A stretch of 44,008 nucleotides of DNA from a virus. Taxonomy: Duplodnaviria; Heunggongvirae; Uroviricota; Caudoviricetes. Every line of letters starts with the position of its first letter. The stretch's first letter is position 1. The translations under genes were made by a program, and so were the position numbers. The notes beneath the pieces were generated by a model, which saw only the letters and a list, made by a program, of their open reading frames with translations, searched no databases and had not been told where the DNA came from. Positions 1-10,727 of this stretch are shown in pieces. The stretch lies in IMG/VR virus record IMGVR_UViG_3300008262_000022, one strand, 5' to 3'.

Positions 1-282
1 TTAAAATCAAATGATATATATTTAGGAAATAATGGAAATAATCTACCTGATGAACCTGTTTTATTAGGTTTTAAAGTAATAGATTTATTATCAGAGTTAA
101 TAGAAGCTATACAAACATTTACTACTAATACTTCTCCATCAGTTGATAGTACGGGGGCTCCCATTGCTGCTTTAAAATTAGCAGCTGATCGTCTTAATAC
201 TGATTTGGATAAAGTAAAAGATATGCTTAAATCTGAAAATACTGATAAATATATAGCTTCTAATCAAGTATTTGTATCATAA
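1..282 (+). CDS. 5'-truncated CDS, probable C-terminus of a baseplate hub/spike (gp5-like) protein
   Basis: Frame 1 is open from base 1 (LKSNDIYLG...DEPVLLG...SNQVFVS) to TAA at 280-282, which overlaps the next ATG. Not in the ORF track. The call rests on position upstream of gp25/gp6-like genes. Confidence 0.45.
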   Translation, partial: LKSNDIYLGNNGNNLPDEPVLLGFKVIDLLSELIEAIQTFTTNTSPSVDSTGAPIAALKLAADRLNTDLDKVKDMLKSENTDKYIASNQVFVS

Positions 283-1487
283 TGAATGTATCATCTTTAA
301 TATCACCCGGAATAAATAAAACTTTATCTACTACAGGTTTACCTAATGCTTTTGGTGATCAAGTTAAAGAAGCAGCAAAGAAAAAAGTAATATCGGCTGC
401 TTTAGGGCAAACTCAAATACTTCAACAAAAATTAGAAGATACAATAAAGAAAAAATTAGAACTAGAAGTAACACATAAATCTAATCTAAATAAATTAGAA
501 AATCAATACCAACCTAAACCCCCAACTAAACCTACATTAACTGAAGAAGAATACAAAGAGGCAGTAGCAAATGAAAATGCTAGATACGCTATTGAAAAAG
601 AATCATTAAACAAACAACAACAGGATACTGAAAACCAAATTCAAAGTATTAATAAAGATCCTAAAAAGAATAAAAAAGATAAGCAGAAAAAACAAAAAAA
701 TAAACAACAAAGAAAAGATGCTAAAAATAAAGCTAATAAAACTAAAGCTATTTCATCTTTAATTAGTAGTACAAGTAAATCATTTGCTCCTCTTTTAATA
801 TTGAGTGGAACTATTCTTATTTCTAAATTAGCGGTACAAAATAGTAATCTTCGAACTTTAGTAGATGAAACTAATAATATAATAGATAATGCTCAAACAC
901 CCGAAGAATTAGATAATGCTAGAGTAAGTCGTAATTCTGCTTATAACGTGTTAGATAATAATGAAAGAACAGTTATTAATATTCAAGAAAGATTACAAAT
1001 TATCCAAATTATAATTACTGTAACACAAATATTAATTCCTTTATTGTTTTTAAACCCAGCACCTCCTTTACCTTTAATTGAAGAACTCCAGAAAAAATTA
1101 TCATTAGCTCAAATTGTATTAGCTTTATTAACTTCTCTTTTAATTCCTGTAATTAATGAATTGAATGAATTGAAATCTCAATTAAAAGAAATAGATAATA
1201 AATTAGATTTAGAAACAATAAATTCGAATTCTTTAGATAGTCTTAATTCTTTACTGAATAGTATTAAACAACCAAAAGATGAAATTTACAAAGGATTTAG
1301 GTTAAGAATTAAAGAAGACCAAGATCCTCGCACATTTGTAAAAGATAGTATTAAACGTCATTATGCTGTGGCTTTAGATAAAGATAATGTAGAAGTAATT
1401 AAAAGTGATTATTCATACACATTAGAACCACAAATATTAATAGATCAATTAAAAATAATTATAGATCAACGAAATTTACAAGCTTAA
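282..1487 (+). CDS. Virion structural protein of the baseplate region (coiled-coil, Lys-rich segment, hydrophobic helices)
   Basis: 401-aa ORF, TAATG-coupled to the upstream gene, within the baseplate cluster; function not recognised. Confidence 0.5.
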   Translation: MNVSSLISPGINKTLSTTGLPNAFGDQVKEAAKKKVISAALGQTQILQQKLEDTIKKKLELEVTHKSNLNKLENQYQPKPPTKPTLTEEEYKEAVANENARYAIEKESLNKQQQDTENQIQSINKDPKKNKKDKQKKQKNKQQRKDAKNKANKTKAISSLISSTSKSFAPLLILSGTILISKLAVQNSNLRTLVDETNNIIDNAQTPEELDNARVSRNSAYNVLDNNERTVINIQERLQIIQIIITVTQILIPLLFLNPAPPLPLIEELQKKLSLAQIVLALLTSLLIPVINELNELKSQLKEIDNKLDLETINSNSLDSLNSLLNSIKQPKDEIYKGFRLRIKEDQDPRTFVKDSIKRHYAVALDKDNVEVIKSDYSYTLEPQILIDQLKIIIDQRNLQA

Positions 1488-1500
1488 AATATTTATACGT

Positions 1501-1842
1501 ATGAATGTAAAAACATTTAAAAAATTAATAAAAGAGGCAGTAGCTGAAGCAGTTCGTGAAGAATTACATGCTATCTTAAATGAAAATAATCCAACAAATC
1601 CATTACAAGAAAGTAAAACATTCAATTTTACTAGTAATGATGTCCCAACAGTTGGTGATGTAAGATCCCAATTAAGAAATAAAATGGGAAGTATGTTTGG
1701 TTTTGAACAACCAGTAGTATCTAATAATGGAGTACCACTAGTAGTTGATTCAACTAATGAAAATCCATTTGCTAATTTTATAATGGATGCAGCATTGAGT
1801 ATGACTGCTCAAGATAAAGCTGGTTTAAGTAATTTAGGATAA
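1501..1842 (+). CDS. Small virion protein with 'KKLIKEAV...ILNE' leader
   Basis: 113-aa ORF preceded by TATTTATA (1490-1497); leader shared with many proteins in this window. Confidence 0.6.
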   Translation: MNVKTFKKLIKEAVAEAVREELHAILNENNPTNPLQESKTFNFTSNDVPTVGDVRSQLRNKMGSMFGFEQPVVSNNGVPLVVDSTNENPFANFIMDAALSMTAQDKAGLSNLG

Positions 1843-1843
1843 T

Positions 1844-2254
1844 ATGCCAATACCTCAGATAACACGTGTAGACCCCTTAGATTTGCAAAAAAACATTGCT
1901 ATTGGGGTATCTTTACCATTTAATGGACCTGGGGTATTTAATAGAACATACAGCACTAAAGATCAAATAAAGTCCAATGTTATTAATCTTTTACTTACTA
2001 ATAGAGGTGAAAGAATAATGAATCCTAATTTTGGAGCAGATATAAAAGATTTATTGTTTGAGGGAATGACAGATAGTCTTAAAACAACAATTACTGATAG
2101 AGTAGCTACTTCGTTTTCAACTTATATTCCGCAAGCAACACTGGACAATGTTGATGTTATTTTTAGTGAAGATACAAACACAATAAATGTAACAGTTAAC
2201 TATACCCTAAATACATCAGGAACTTCAGATCAAGTTATTATAGAATTTCAATAA
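1844..2254 (+). CDS. gp25: Baseplate wedge subunit, gp25/GPW-like
   Basis: Motifs 'IKSNVINLLLTNRGERIMNPNFG' and 'ITDRVATSFSTYIPQA' typical of GPW_gp25; directly before a gp6-like gene. Confidence 0.85.
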   Translation: MPIPQITRVDPLDLQKNIAIGVSLPFNGPGVFNRTYSTKDQIKSNVINLLLTNRGERIMNPNFGADIKDLLFEGMTDSLKTTITDRVATSFSTYIPQATLDNVDVIFSEDTNTINVTVNYTLNTSGTSDQVIIEFQ

Positions 2255-2256
2255 AA

Positions 2257-4080
2257 ATGGCAAATAATATATCATATATAAATAAAAGTTTTAGTGATTT
2301 TAAATCTAATTTAATAAATTACGCTAAAACATATTTTCCTAACACATATAACGATTTCTCAGATGCTTCGCCTGGAAATATGTTTATTGAATTAGCATCT
2401 TATGTAGGTGATGTAATGTCATTTTATTTAGATACCCAAATTCAAGAAAATTTTTTATTATACGCTAAAGAAAAAGAAAATTTATATGCTATGTCTTATG
2501 TCATGGGATATAGACCAAAAGCATCATATGCTTCTTCTGTTGATGTAGATGTATATCAAATAATGCCTTCTACTATAAATGTAGTAACAGGTGAAACAAT
2601 CCCTAACAACAATGTATATGGGTTAATTATACCTGCTAATACTAATATTAGATCAGCCTCTACTGGATTAAATTTTATAACAACCGAAATAGTAGATTTT
2701 ACTGATTTATCAAATGCTGAAATAAGTTTTATAGACAGTAATTTCTTTTTAATTAAAAAAACAACAAAAGCTATATCAGCCGAAATAAAAACATCTACTT
2801 TTACTTTTACTACTCCTCAAAAATTTCAAACTATTACATTAAGTGATACTAATATATTACAAATATTAGATGTAACAGGGAGTGATAGTAATCAATGGTA
2901 CGAAGTACCTTATTTAGCCCAAGGAACAATATACCAAAAAATAGCAAATACCGGTTCTGATGCTTCTCAAGTACCTTATTTATTGCAATTACAAAGAACT
3001 CCAAGACGATTTGTATCTAGATTACTATCAGACAACACATTACAATTAGAATTTGGAGCAGGAATATCTAATAGCTCAGATGAAACTATACTTCCTACAC
3101 CTGATAATATTCAGTTAGGATTAGTTCCTGGAATATCAGATTTATCTAATAACTATAACAAAGCCTCTATATTTTTTACTAGAGAATATGGCTTAGCACC
3201 ATCTAATGGGACTTTACAAGTCAGATATTTAGTAGGAGGTGGAATATTATCTAACGTACCATCAAATGATTTAACACGTATAGACACAGCTGGGGTTTAT
3301 TTTAAAAACGGTACACCACCTGGTATAGGTTTGCCTACTCAGGTATTACAAAGTGTAGTTAGTAATAACCCTAATCCAGCTACTGGTGGTAAAGATGGAG
3401 ATCAAGTTGAAGAAATCAGAAATAATGCATTATATGCATATTCATCTCAATTAAGAGCAGTAACTAAAACAGATTATATAGTTCGTGCATTATCTTTACC
3501 ATCCGAATACGGAAGTATAGCTAAAGTATATGCCACACAACCATTATCATCTGATAATAGTAGTGGTATATCTAATCCATTAGCATTAGATATGTATATC
3601 TTAGCATACAATTCTGATAAACAATTAATTAACGCTACAAATAATCTTAAAAATAATTTATCTTCTTACATCAACGAATATAGAATGGTAACAGATGCTG
3701 TTAATATTAAGGATGCTTTTTATATTAATATAGGTGTTAATTTTGATATAACAACTGTAGCCGGTTCTAATAATAATGAAGTAATTAATAATTGTATATT
3801 AGCTTTACAAGACCACTTTAATATAGATAAATGGCAGATAAATCAACCTATTATATTATCAGATATTACATCTAAATTATTAAGAGTAAGAGGTGTACAA
3901 TCTGTGGTTAAAGTTGAAATAATAAATAAACAAGATAGTACAGGAACTAATTATTCTATTTATGGATATGATATTCCTGGGGCTACAAGTAACGGAGTTA
4001 TTTATCCTTCATTAGATCCATCTATTTTTGAAGTTAGATATCCTAATACAGACATACAAGGAAGAGTAGTAATACTTTAA
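2257..4080 (+). CDS. gp6: Baseplate wedge protein, T4 gp6 / baseplate J-like
   Basis: 'KSFSDFKSNLINYAK..F', 'FIELASYVGDVMSFYLD', 'G.DG.D.VEEIR.NA', 'RAVT..DY' motifs; 607 aa. Confidence 0.85.
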   Translation: MANNISYINKSFSDFKSNLINYAKTYFPNTYNDFSDASPGNMFIELASYVGDVMSFYLDTQIQENFLLYAKEKENLYAMSYVMGYRPKASYASSVDVDVYQIMPSTINVVTGETIPNNNVYGLIIPANTNIRSASTGLNFITTEIVDFTDLSNAEISFIDSNFFLIKKTTKAISAEIKTSTFTFTTPQKFQTITLSDTNILQILDVTGSDSNQWYEVPYLAQGTIYQKIANTGSDASQVPYLLQLQRTPRRFVSRLLSDNTLQLEFGAGISNSSDETILPTPDNIQLGLVPGISDLSNNYNKASIFFTREYGLAPSNGTLQVRYLVGGGILSNVPSNDLTRIDTAGVYFKNGTPPGIGLPTQVLQSVVSNNPNPATGGKDGDQVEEIRNNALYAYSSQLRAVTKTDYIVRALSLPSEYGSIAKVYATQPLSSDNSSGISNPLALDMYILAYNSDKQLINATNNLKNNLSSYINEYRMVTDAVNIKDAFYINIGVNFDITTVAGSNNNEVINNCILALQDHFNIDKWQINQPIILSDITSKLLRVRGVQSVVKVEIINKQDSTGTNYSIYGYDIPGATSNGVIYPSLDPSIFEVRYPNTDIQGRVVIL

Positions 4081-4086
4081 AAATAC

Positions 4087-4111
4087 GAAGAGGGCAAAAC
4101 CCTCTTCTTTA
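4087..4111 (+). terminator. Rho-independent terminator after the gp6-like gene
   Basis: GAAGAGGG-caaaa-CCCTCTTC followed by TTT. Confidence 0.7.
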
Positions 4112-4133
4112 CGTTTATAAAAATAAAAAGGTT

Positions 4134-4781
4134 ATGAAAAAAATTATTTTGTTTGCTTTATTAAGCATTAGTTTGTTTTCTTGTACTAAACAAGAAGAAG
4201 AAGGAACTTACCCCTGTTTAAATGGAAATTGTGAAGGATATTTTTATATCTCCGGTCCAGGACAAGACTCTATAGATAATAATGGTTATCATCATGTAAA
4301 ATATATTGGACTTAACTATTTTACAATTAGAGGAGAATTATCAGAATTATCACCAGAATATATCATAAATGGAGTTCCTTTAATAGAAGTAGGATTTGAT
4401 TCCGATTATTTTGTATTATTTGATACTGTTAGATATAGATATCCAGTATATTCCTTTTTAGGATTATATACAGACAAACGTTTTAGAGACCCTATTCCTA
4501 TAGGAACACGTATATATACTATGGTTAGTCTATCTGATTTTATGTCTCCTACTAATATTGTTGGTTATCAAATACCTAAAAAATTTACAGGATGGGAAAA
4601 ACCATATGCCCGTACTATGTTAGCAGTATACAGTAAATATACATACCAGCCAGGCGTTAATATATTTTTAGATGATGAAATGATTGGAGATACTGCTACT
4701 ATTTTTATGAGAGTAGTTTTTAATAGTGATTTTGGTCGTCAAGAAATTAAGAATTACGAGATGAAAGTAATTTTTGAATAA
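4134..4781 (+). CDS. Lipoprotein (signal peptidase II substrate), function unknown
   Basis: MKK + hydrophobic core + 'LFSC' lipobox, followed by TKQEEE. Confidence 0.7.
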   Translation: MKKIILFALLSISLFSCTKQEEEGTYPCLNGNCEGYFYISGPGQDSIDNNGYHHVKYIGLNYFTIRGELSELSPEYIINGVPLIEVGFDSDYFVLFDTVRYRYPVYSFLGLYTDKRFRDPIPIGTRIYTMVSLSDFMSPTNIVGYQIPKKFTGWEKPYARTMLAVYSKYTYQPGVNIFLDDEMIGDTATIFMRVVFNSDFGRQEIKNYEMKVIFE

Positions 4782-4823
4782 AACATGTATATACCATATT
4801 TATAGGAAATAAATCTTATAATT

Positions 4824-5414
4824 ATGGCATACACAAAAGAACAAATTGAAGCCGCTGTAAAAGCAAAAGGTTATGTATGGTTTGAAGGAGCAAAAGACTA
4901 TGACTTAAATATAGTTGGAGTTAGAAATTCAGCAACTGGTAACAAGGTTACTAATGTGTTTGATGACGTAATGACTGTATCCTATAAAGTAGGTGGTAAT
5001 TGGGTGATCAAACAATGGGCTTGTACAACTGATCCTGGTACTAAAGGCGTAAAACAATTTGGTAATGTGAATGGTGTTGCTCGTTTAGTTGAAGGACAAT
5101 ATCGTGGTTCACATACACTTGGTTTACATCAAGGTAAATATGAAGCATTAAGACAAGCAAAACCAGTTAAAGTATATCGTGATGCTAATAAAGATATGAC
5201 TTATGATGAAACTAAAATTCAAGAGGGTATCTTTGGTATCAACATTCACAAAGCTGGTGTTGATTCAACCTTTGTTGAAAACTGGTCAGAAGGTTGCCAA
5301 GTATTTAAAAGAGCAGCTGATTTTGAAGCATTCATGGTAATTGCTCGTGAAGCAGCAAAGATTCATGGTCCCTCATTTACTTATACTTTAATTGAAAGTT
5401 CAGATATAAAATAA
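4824..5414 (+). CDS. Putative endolysin with an L,D-transpeptidase (YkuD)-like catalytic motif
   Basis: 'GINIHKAG...NWSEGCQVF' matches the H-x(n)-S-x-G-C signature; preceded by TATTTATA at 4797-4804. Confidence 0.6.
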   Translation: MAYTKEQIEAAVKAKGYVWFEGAKDYDLNIVGVRNSATGNKVTNVFDDVMTVSYKVGGNWVIKQWACTTDPGTKGVKQFGNVNGVARLVEGQYRGSHTLGLHQGKYEALRQAKPVKVYRDANKDMTYDETKIQEGIFGINIHKAGVDSTFVENWSEGCQVFKRAADFEAFMVIAREAAKIHGPSFTYTLIESSDIK

Positions 5415-5458
5415 TGGAAGAAGATTATCCTGATTTTATAGATAATTTCGATATGTAA
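5414..5458 (+). CDS. Possible 14-aa acidic micro-ORF (MEEDYPDFIDNFDM)
   Basis: ATG overlaps the upstream TAA (TAATG); ends with TAA at 5456-5458. Not in the ORF track. Confidence 0.25.
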   Translation: MEEDYPDFIDNFDM

Positions 5459-5503
5459 ATAAAAATTTATAACTGCCATATTTATACGTATAAAATTATA
5501 TTT

Positions 5504-6595
5504 ATGGCAGTTTATAAAATATTTCCTGAAAAGAGTGCTACTATATATTCTTACTATCCTAATCTTAATTCAGGATTAGATGAAATATTAGAATTAAGTA
5601 CATTCTATACTGTAACCGGTACTAATGAAGTATCACGTATACTAATAAAATTTCCACAAAATGAGCTTACAGATGTAATAAATAATAAAATTTCAGGAAG
5701 TACATATGATGCTTACTTAAAGTTAAGTTTAGCATATGCCAATGAAATTCCATTAGATTATACAATATATAGTTATCCTATATCGGGAAGCTGGAATATA
5801 GGAACAGGTAAACTTGCTGATTCTCCTATAACTACTGATGGAGTTAGTTGGAAATATAAAAATGAAATAAGTGGAAGTACATGGTTTGGTGTAAATTTCC
5901 CTGCAGAAACAACAGGCTCATATAATGGATCTAACTTAGGTGGTGGTTTGTGGTTTACTGGTTCATATGAATCAAGTCAATCCTTTAATCATAATACTTC
6001 TAAAGATATAGAATTAAAAGTAACAAATACGATAGCAGGATGGATAAGCTCATCAATTCCTAATGAAGGATTTATAATTAAACACTCAAATTTAATAGAA
6101 TTTACCACAGCATCTAAATTTGAAACTAAATACTTTTCAGCAGAAACTCATACTATATATCCACCTTGTTTAGAAATAAGATGGAATGATACTATATATA
6201 CTAGTTCTTTATCTCAGGTAACATCTGATTTAATAGTAGCTACAATAGCTAATAACCAAAGCGAATATCAACAAGACTCAATACAACGTTTTAGAGTAAA
6301 CGTAAGAGATAAATTTCCTGCTAGGACTTTTCAAACAGCTTCCGTATATTTAAATAATAAAATATTACCTACTTCTTCATATTGGGCTATAAAAGATCTA
6401 GATACTGAAGAAATAATTATTGATTTTGATACAACTTATACAAAAATAAGTGCTGATAATCAGGGTAATTATTTTGATGTTTATATGAATGGTTTACAAC
6501 CAGAACGTTATTACCAATTACTGATAAAAACAGTACTAGCTAATAAAGAAGTTTTAGTTTTAAACCAAGATTATTATTTTAAAGTTATACGATAA
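5504..6595 (+). CDS. Virion structural protein (baseplate/tail associated)
   Basis: 363 aa, Ser/Thr/Gly-rich and beta-type; TATTTATA at 5479-5486; first gene of a TAATG-coupled structural run. Confidence 0.55.
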   Translation: MAVYKIFPEKSATIYSYYPNLNSGLDEILELSTFYTVTGTNEVSRILIKFPQNELTDVINNKISGSTYDAYLKLSLAYANEIPLDYTIYSYPISGSWNIGTGKLADSPITTDGVSWKYKNEISGSTWFGVNFPAETTGSYNGSNLGGGLWFTGSYESSQSFNHNTSKDIELKVTNTIAGWISSSIPNEGFIIKHSNLIEFTTASKFETKYFSAETHTIYPPCLEIRWNDTIYTSSLSQVTSDLIVATIANNQSEYQQDSIQRFRVNVRDKFPARTFQTASVYLNNKILPTSSYWAIKDLDTEEIIIDFDTTYTKISADNQGNYFDVYMNGLQPERYYQLLIKTVLANKEVLVLNQDYYFKVIR

Positions 6596-6939
6596 TGTCA
6601 AAAATTTCTATACAAAAACAGGTATTTAATAAAAATAATTTTCCTAAAGTAGTAGATACTCAATTTAGCCAATTAATTAATACTAATCAGGCAGATGATA
6701 CTCCTACTTTCACATTGGAAGATTTTTTTACATTATATGAACAATTATTTTTCCAAATACCTAAAGAAGGTGATTCTGATTCTCACCAATATATTTTAGA
6801 AAGAGAAGCAGAATATTTAGGAATTAATTTAAACACAGAAGACGTTCAAGCTTTATTAGCTGAAATAACATCTTTAAGACAGGAAATATTAACAGCTCAA
6901 CAAACAATACAAACATTAACAACAGGTTCAAATGGCTAA
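6595..6939 (+). CDS. Small structural protein with C-terminal coiled coil
   Basis: 114-aa ORF overlapping both neighbours in the baseplate cluster. Confidence 0.5.
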   Translation: MSKISIQKQVFNKNNFPKVVDTQFSQLINTNQADDTPTFTLEDFFTLYEQLFFQIPKEGDSDSHQYILEREAEYLGINLNTEDVQALLAEITSLRQEILTAQQTIQTLTTGSNG

Positions 6940-9900
6940 TAATATTCAAATTATAGGAAATATTACGGATATAGATATTATTGATAGATACCAATCAGAT
7001 GATATTAGACTAATAGGAGTAGGAGAAATTCAAAATTATTTTGATCCTAACGTTGATTATGTAGAATATTTCATATATGATATTAGTGGTACCTCTTTAC
7101 TAGATGTAAATTATTCTTACACTAAGTACAAACTCCCAACAGATTCAGGATTAACACCATCTGTTGTTCCTGCTCCCAATACTGAAAATCAAATAACTGA
7201 TAGTAATATAGGAGTATTAAATTCTAACACTCCTAATACTGGGTCTTCATTTACCTCTATTGAAATCGATCCTGTAAAAGATTTACAAGAAGCAGGATAC
7301 AAATCGGGTGAGTTTAAAACACAATATAATTTCTTTAAAAATAAAGTAGGTTCACCAAATGATACGTTTTTCTTAAAAAGAATATCAGCTGATAGAACCG
7401 AAATTAGTATATCTTCTACTTCTAAATCTAATGATGAAATAGAAACTATTGCTAACGATTTAATAAATGAAATAAATTCCTCTCCTTATTTTGTTAATTA
7501 TCTTATTAATTTTGGTTTAAATACTCAAGTAATAACAGTAAATATAGCTTTAGATAAAATAGAAGAAGGGTACGAAATTTTATTTAAATTATATGACCCT
7601 TTACCAGATAATATAAATGAAAAAGCAAATTTATGGGTAGTTGAGGAAAAAGTAAACCCATATATTTTTAATATTAATTTAGATACATTAATTTCTCCTC
7701 CAACACCATTAATGTTAAGAGGGGCTAATTTTAATATCCCTATTTCTAAAGATATAAATACCATATCTACACAATACTCAGGATATAATAACTTATTCAC
7801 ATCATTACAAGCTACTCAGTCTAATACTTATAATAAACTATTAAATTCTTTAACATCAAATAGTATTGATATAAATGTTGACTATACTGATTATAATAAT
7901 TTTAGTTTTTTTGGTTCAGTAGAACAACGTTTAGTAGGATTTTACAATAAAGTAAAAGAAATAGAAGACTATAGTAATATAATATTAAATTATTCATCTA
8001 GTGCTTCATTTAATCCTTATCTTCAATTAGAGATTAATAGATATTCTTCAAGTATTAGTAATATTATTTCTAATTTTGATGGGTACGAAACTTATCTTTA
8101 TTTTGAATCTACATCATATGCGTGGCCTAAATCAACATCTACACTTCCTTATGTGTTGTTTTCAACCAGTTCAATATCAGCATCTATATGGTATAATAGT
8201 GCTATAGAATCGGCTTCTTTATATGATGAACTAAATTCAAACAACTTAATTAATGGGATACCAACATATTTAAGAGATAATCCAGATAATAACCAATATT
8301 TAATTTTTTTAAATATGATAGGTCATTATTTTGATAATATTTGGATTTTATTAAAATCAATAACAGACATCAATTTAGCTAATAATAATCCAAATAGAGG
8401 TATATCTAACGATTTAGTTTATTATGTTTTAAAATCTCTAGGAATAGACTTATTTAATAGCGCAGAAGGAGATAGTTTAGAACAATACATAGTAGGTAAT
8501 AACACTGGTAGCTTTATGTACAGTGGGTCACTAACAGATTTTTCAGCTACAAGTAGTTATTTAAATAATATTCCTAGAAAAGACTTAACATATGAATTAT
8601 ATAAACGAATATATCATAATTTACCTTTACTAGTTAAAACTAAAGGTACAACTGCTGGTTTACAAAATATTGTAACTACATTTGGTATTACTAGTAGCAT
8701 ATTAAACGTTAAAGAATATGGTGGTGAGTTAAAGTCTGAATATTTAAAAGGATATAGCAAAAATAAAATTAGGGTAAGTGATGTTATTTCTACAGGTAGT
8801 GTGTTATCTCCTTTAACTACTATTCAACAAATTCCTACATCTTCAAACGAATATTTAGATAATGATTTACAATTTGTAGATATATCATTTTCACCTCAAA
8901 CACAAATAGATTTATATGTTTCTCAATCTATATCTTCTAATAACCCATCATGGGATATGGATGAATATATAGGGGATCCTAGACAACAATATTACAATAC
9001 TTATCCCGATTTAGATAATCAACGTAAAATATATTTTGAACAAGGAACAGGCTCATACGCTGGGTTTACTTCATCATATTTAGATTATAATGGTTTTATT
9101 CGTTTAATTCAGTTTTTTGATAATTCATTATTTAAAATACTAGAAAGTTTTACACCCGCTCGAACTAGTTTATCTACAGGTATAACAATAAATTCACCTG
9201 TATTAGAACGTAATAAATTTGCTTACGCTAATCCTACTAATAGTACAACTGAAAGTATATATGAAGCTGAAATTACTAGTGGAAGTATAGGAACAGAGTA
9301 TGGATTTTTATATGATAATTTATCAGGTGATAAATCGGCATACTATAGTGGAGAATTAAGTGGTAGTGGAATTAATTTATATGATACTTATTTTATACCT
9401 AGTAATGAAAATCCATATTTGGTGGGTATAGATATTTGGAATTCACAACATAATATTACTGAAAGTATAAGTCTTGAAAAATTTGCTTTATCTGATTATA
9501 ATGTATTATTTAATAATGTATCTAGTAGCGTAACTTCAAGTACCAGAAAAATAATAGAAAACCCAGGACTTCCAGATGCTATTTTAGAACAAAAAACAAG
9601 TTCTATTTCATCGTCAGCTGAATTACAAGATTCTTATTTATCATTAACATCATATAAAAATTCTAGATATGATGGTTCAAAAATAATATCATCAAGATAT
9701 AATGAATATACTAATGGTGACTCAGGTTCTTATGGTAAAACATCAGCTATTGATAAATACTATACATACTTCTTAACATTTAAAGAAATTAGAAACGCTT
9801 ATCCTGAGTTAGTAGGTAAATCTACATTATGGCTTAATAGTTTAGTTGACAAAGATGGAAACCAATTAGCAGTTAATTCTGATACTAGTTCAAACTATTA

Positions 9901-10699
9901 TTATAATTTGATATATAACTTTGGTAAAGACAGTGTTGTAAATTTACAAATAACAACATTACCCTCAGGTTCATCTCAAAACGATTTAGACCAAACAACC
10001 ACAGTGTACAGACCAGCTTTATTATGGCCTAAAGTTATACTAACTAATGAAGCTAATAGTACTTTATTTCCTAATGGAAGTACAACTTTTACTGTAGCTT
10101 CTATGTCATTTGTAGATAAAGTTTCTAATAAACTTAGAATGTCTCCTCAAGCATGGTATATATCTAGTAGTAATGATAGAAATGTAATATTAGGCTCAGT
10201 AGAACTGATAAATATATATCTAACTTCAAGTTTTGCTAGACAATTCCAAGTTCCTGGAGGATTAAATCAATTTCCATATTATCAGTTTAGTCAAGATGTT
10301 ACATCTGCTAGTTTTGGTGGTTACAGTGTTAATAATCAATATGATACTCCTATACCTTTAGAATTTAGAGTAGGTCAAGAAATAAGATTTAATCAAGATG
10401 AATCACAGGTATACACTGTAATCGGTGTGGAAGTTCCACAAGCTCCATTTTCTGTATCTACCAGTGGTTCAATAAAATTAACTTTAGATAAAGATATTGA
10501 TTCTTCAATAACAAGTTCATTTCAAAATAGAGGATTTTTATTAAGAGAAAACCAAATAGATCCATCTAAATTAGTGATAAACGCTCCTAAATTAGTTGGA
10601 GGAGCACCAGGATATTTGACCCCACAATATATAACACCAGAATTAGCTACTAATTTAAACGGTGTTGTTGAAACTTTAAAAGAAAACGGAATACTATAA
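6932..10699 (+). CDS. Large baseplate wedge/tail structural protein
   Basis: 1255 aa, Ser/Asn-rich; central segment 'YLIFLNMIGHYFDNIW...LVKTKGT...NVKEYGG' resembles wedge proteins; baseplate context. Confidence 0.55.
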   Translation: MANNIQIIGNITDIDIIDRYQSDDIRLIGVGEIQNYFDPNVDYVEYFIYDISGTSLLDVNYSYTKYKLPTDSGLTPSVVPAPNTENQITDSNIGVLNSNTPNTGSSFTSIEIDPVKDLQEAGYKSGEFKTQYNFFKNKVGSPNDTFFLKRISADRTEISISSTSKSNDEIETIANDLINEINSSPYFVNYLINFGLNTQVITVNIALDKIEEGYEILFKLYDPLPDNINEKANLWVVEEKVNPYIFNINLDTLISPPTPLMLRGANFNIPISKDINTISTQYSGYNNLFTSLQATQSNTYNKLLNSLTSNSIDINVDYTDYNNFSFFGSVEQRLVGFYNKVKEIEDYSNIILNYSSSASFNPYLQLEINRYSSSISNIISNFDGYETYLYFESTSYAWPKSTSTLPYVLFSTSSISASIWYNSAIESASLYDELNSNNLINGIPTYLRDNPDNNQYLIFLNMIGHYFDNIWILLKSITDINLANNNPNRGISNDLVYYVLKSLGIDLFNSAEGDSLEQYIVGNNTGSFMYSGSLTDFSATSSYLNNIPRKDLTYELYKRIYHNLPLLVKTKGTTAGLQNIVTTFGITSSILNVKEYGGELKSEYLKGYSKNKIRVSDVISTGSVLSPLTTIQQIPTSSNEYLDNDLQFVDISFSPQTQIDLYVSQSISSNNPSWDMDEYIGDPRQQYYNTYPDLDNQRKIYFEQGTGSYAGFTSSYLDYNGFIRLIQFFDNSLFKILESFTPARTSLSTGITINSPVLERNKFAYANPTNSTTESIYEAEITSGSIGTEYGFLYDNLSGDKSAYYSGELSGSGINLYDTYFIPSNENPYLVGIDIWNSQHNITESISLEKFALSDYNVLFNNVSSSVTSSTRKIIENPGLPDAILEQKTSSISSSAELQDSYLSLTSYKNSRYDGSKIISSRYNEYTNGDSGSYGKTSAIDKYYTYFLTFKEIRNAYPELVGKSTLWLNSLVDKDGNQLAVNSDTSSNYYYNLIYNFGKDSVVNLQITTLPSGSSQNDLDQTTTVYRPALLWPKVILTNEANSTLFPNGSTTFTVASMSFVDKVSNKLRMSPQAWYISSSNDRNVILGSVELINIYLTSSFARQFQVPGGLNQFPYYQFSQDVTSASFGGYSVNNQYDTPIPLEFRVGQEIRFNQDESQVYTVIGVEVPQAPFSVSTSGSIKLTLDKDIDSSITSSFQNRGFLLRENQIDPSKLVINAPKLVGGAPGYLTPQYITPELATNLNGVVETLKENGIL

Positions 10700-10727
10700 T
10701 ATTTATAATAAGTAAAATATATACAAA

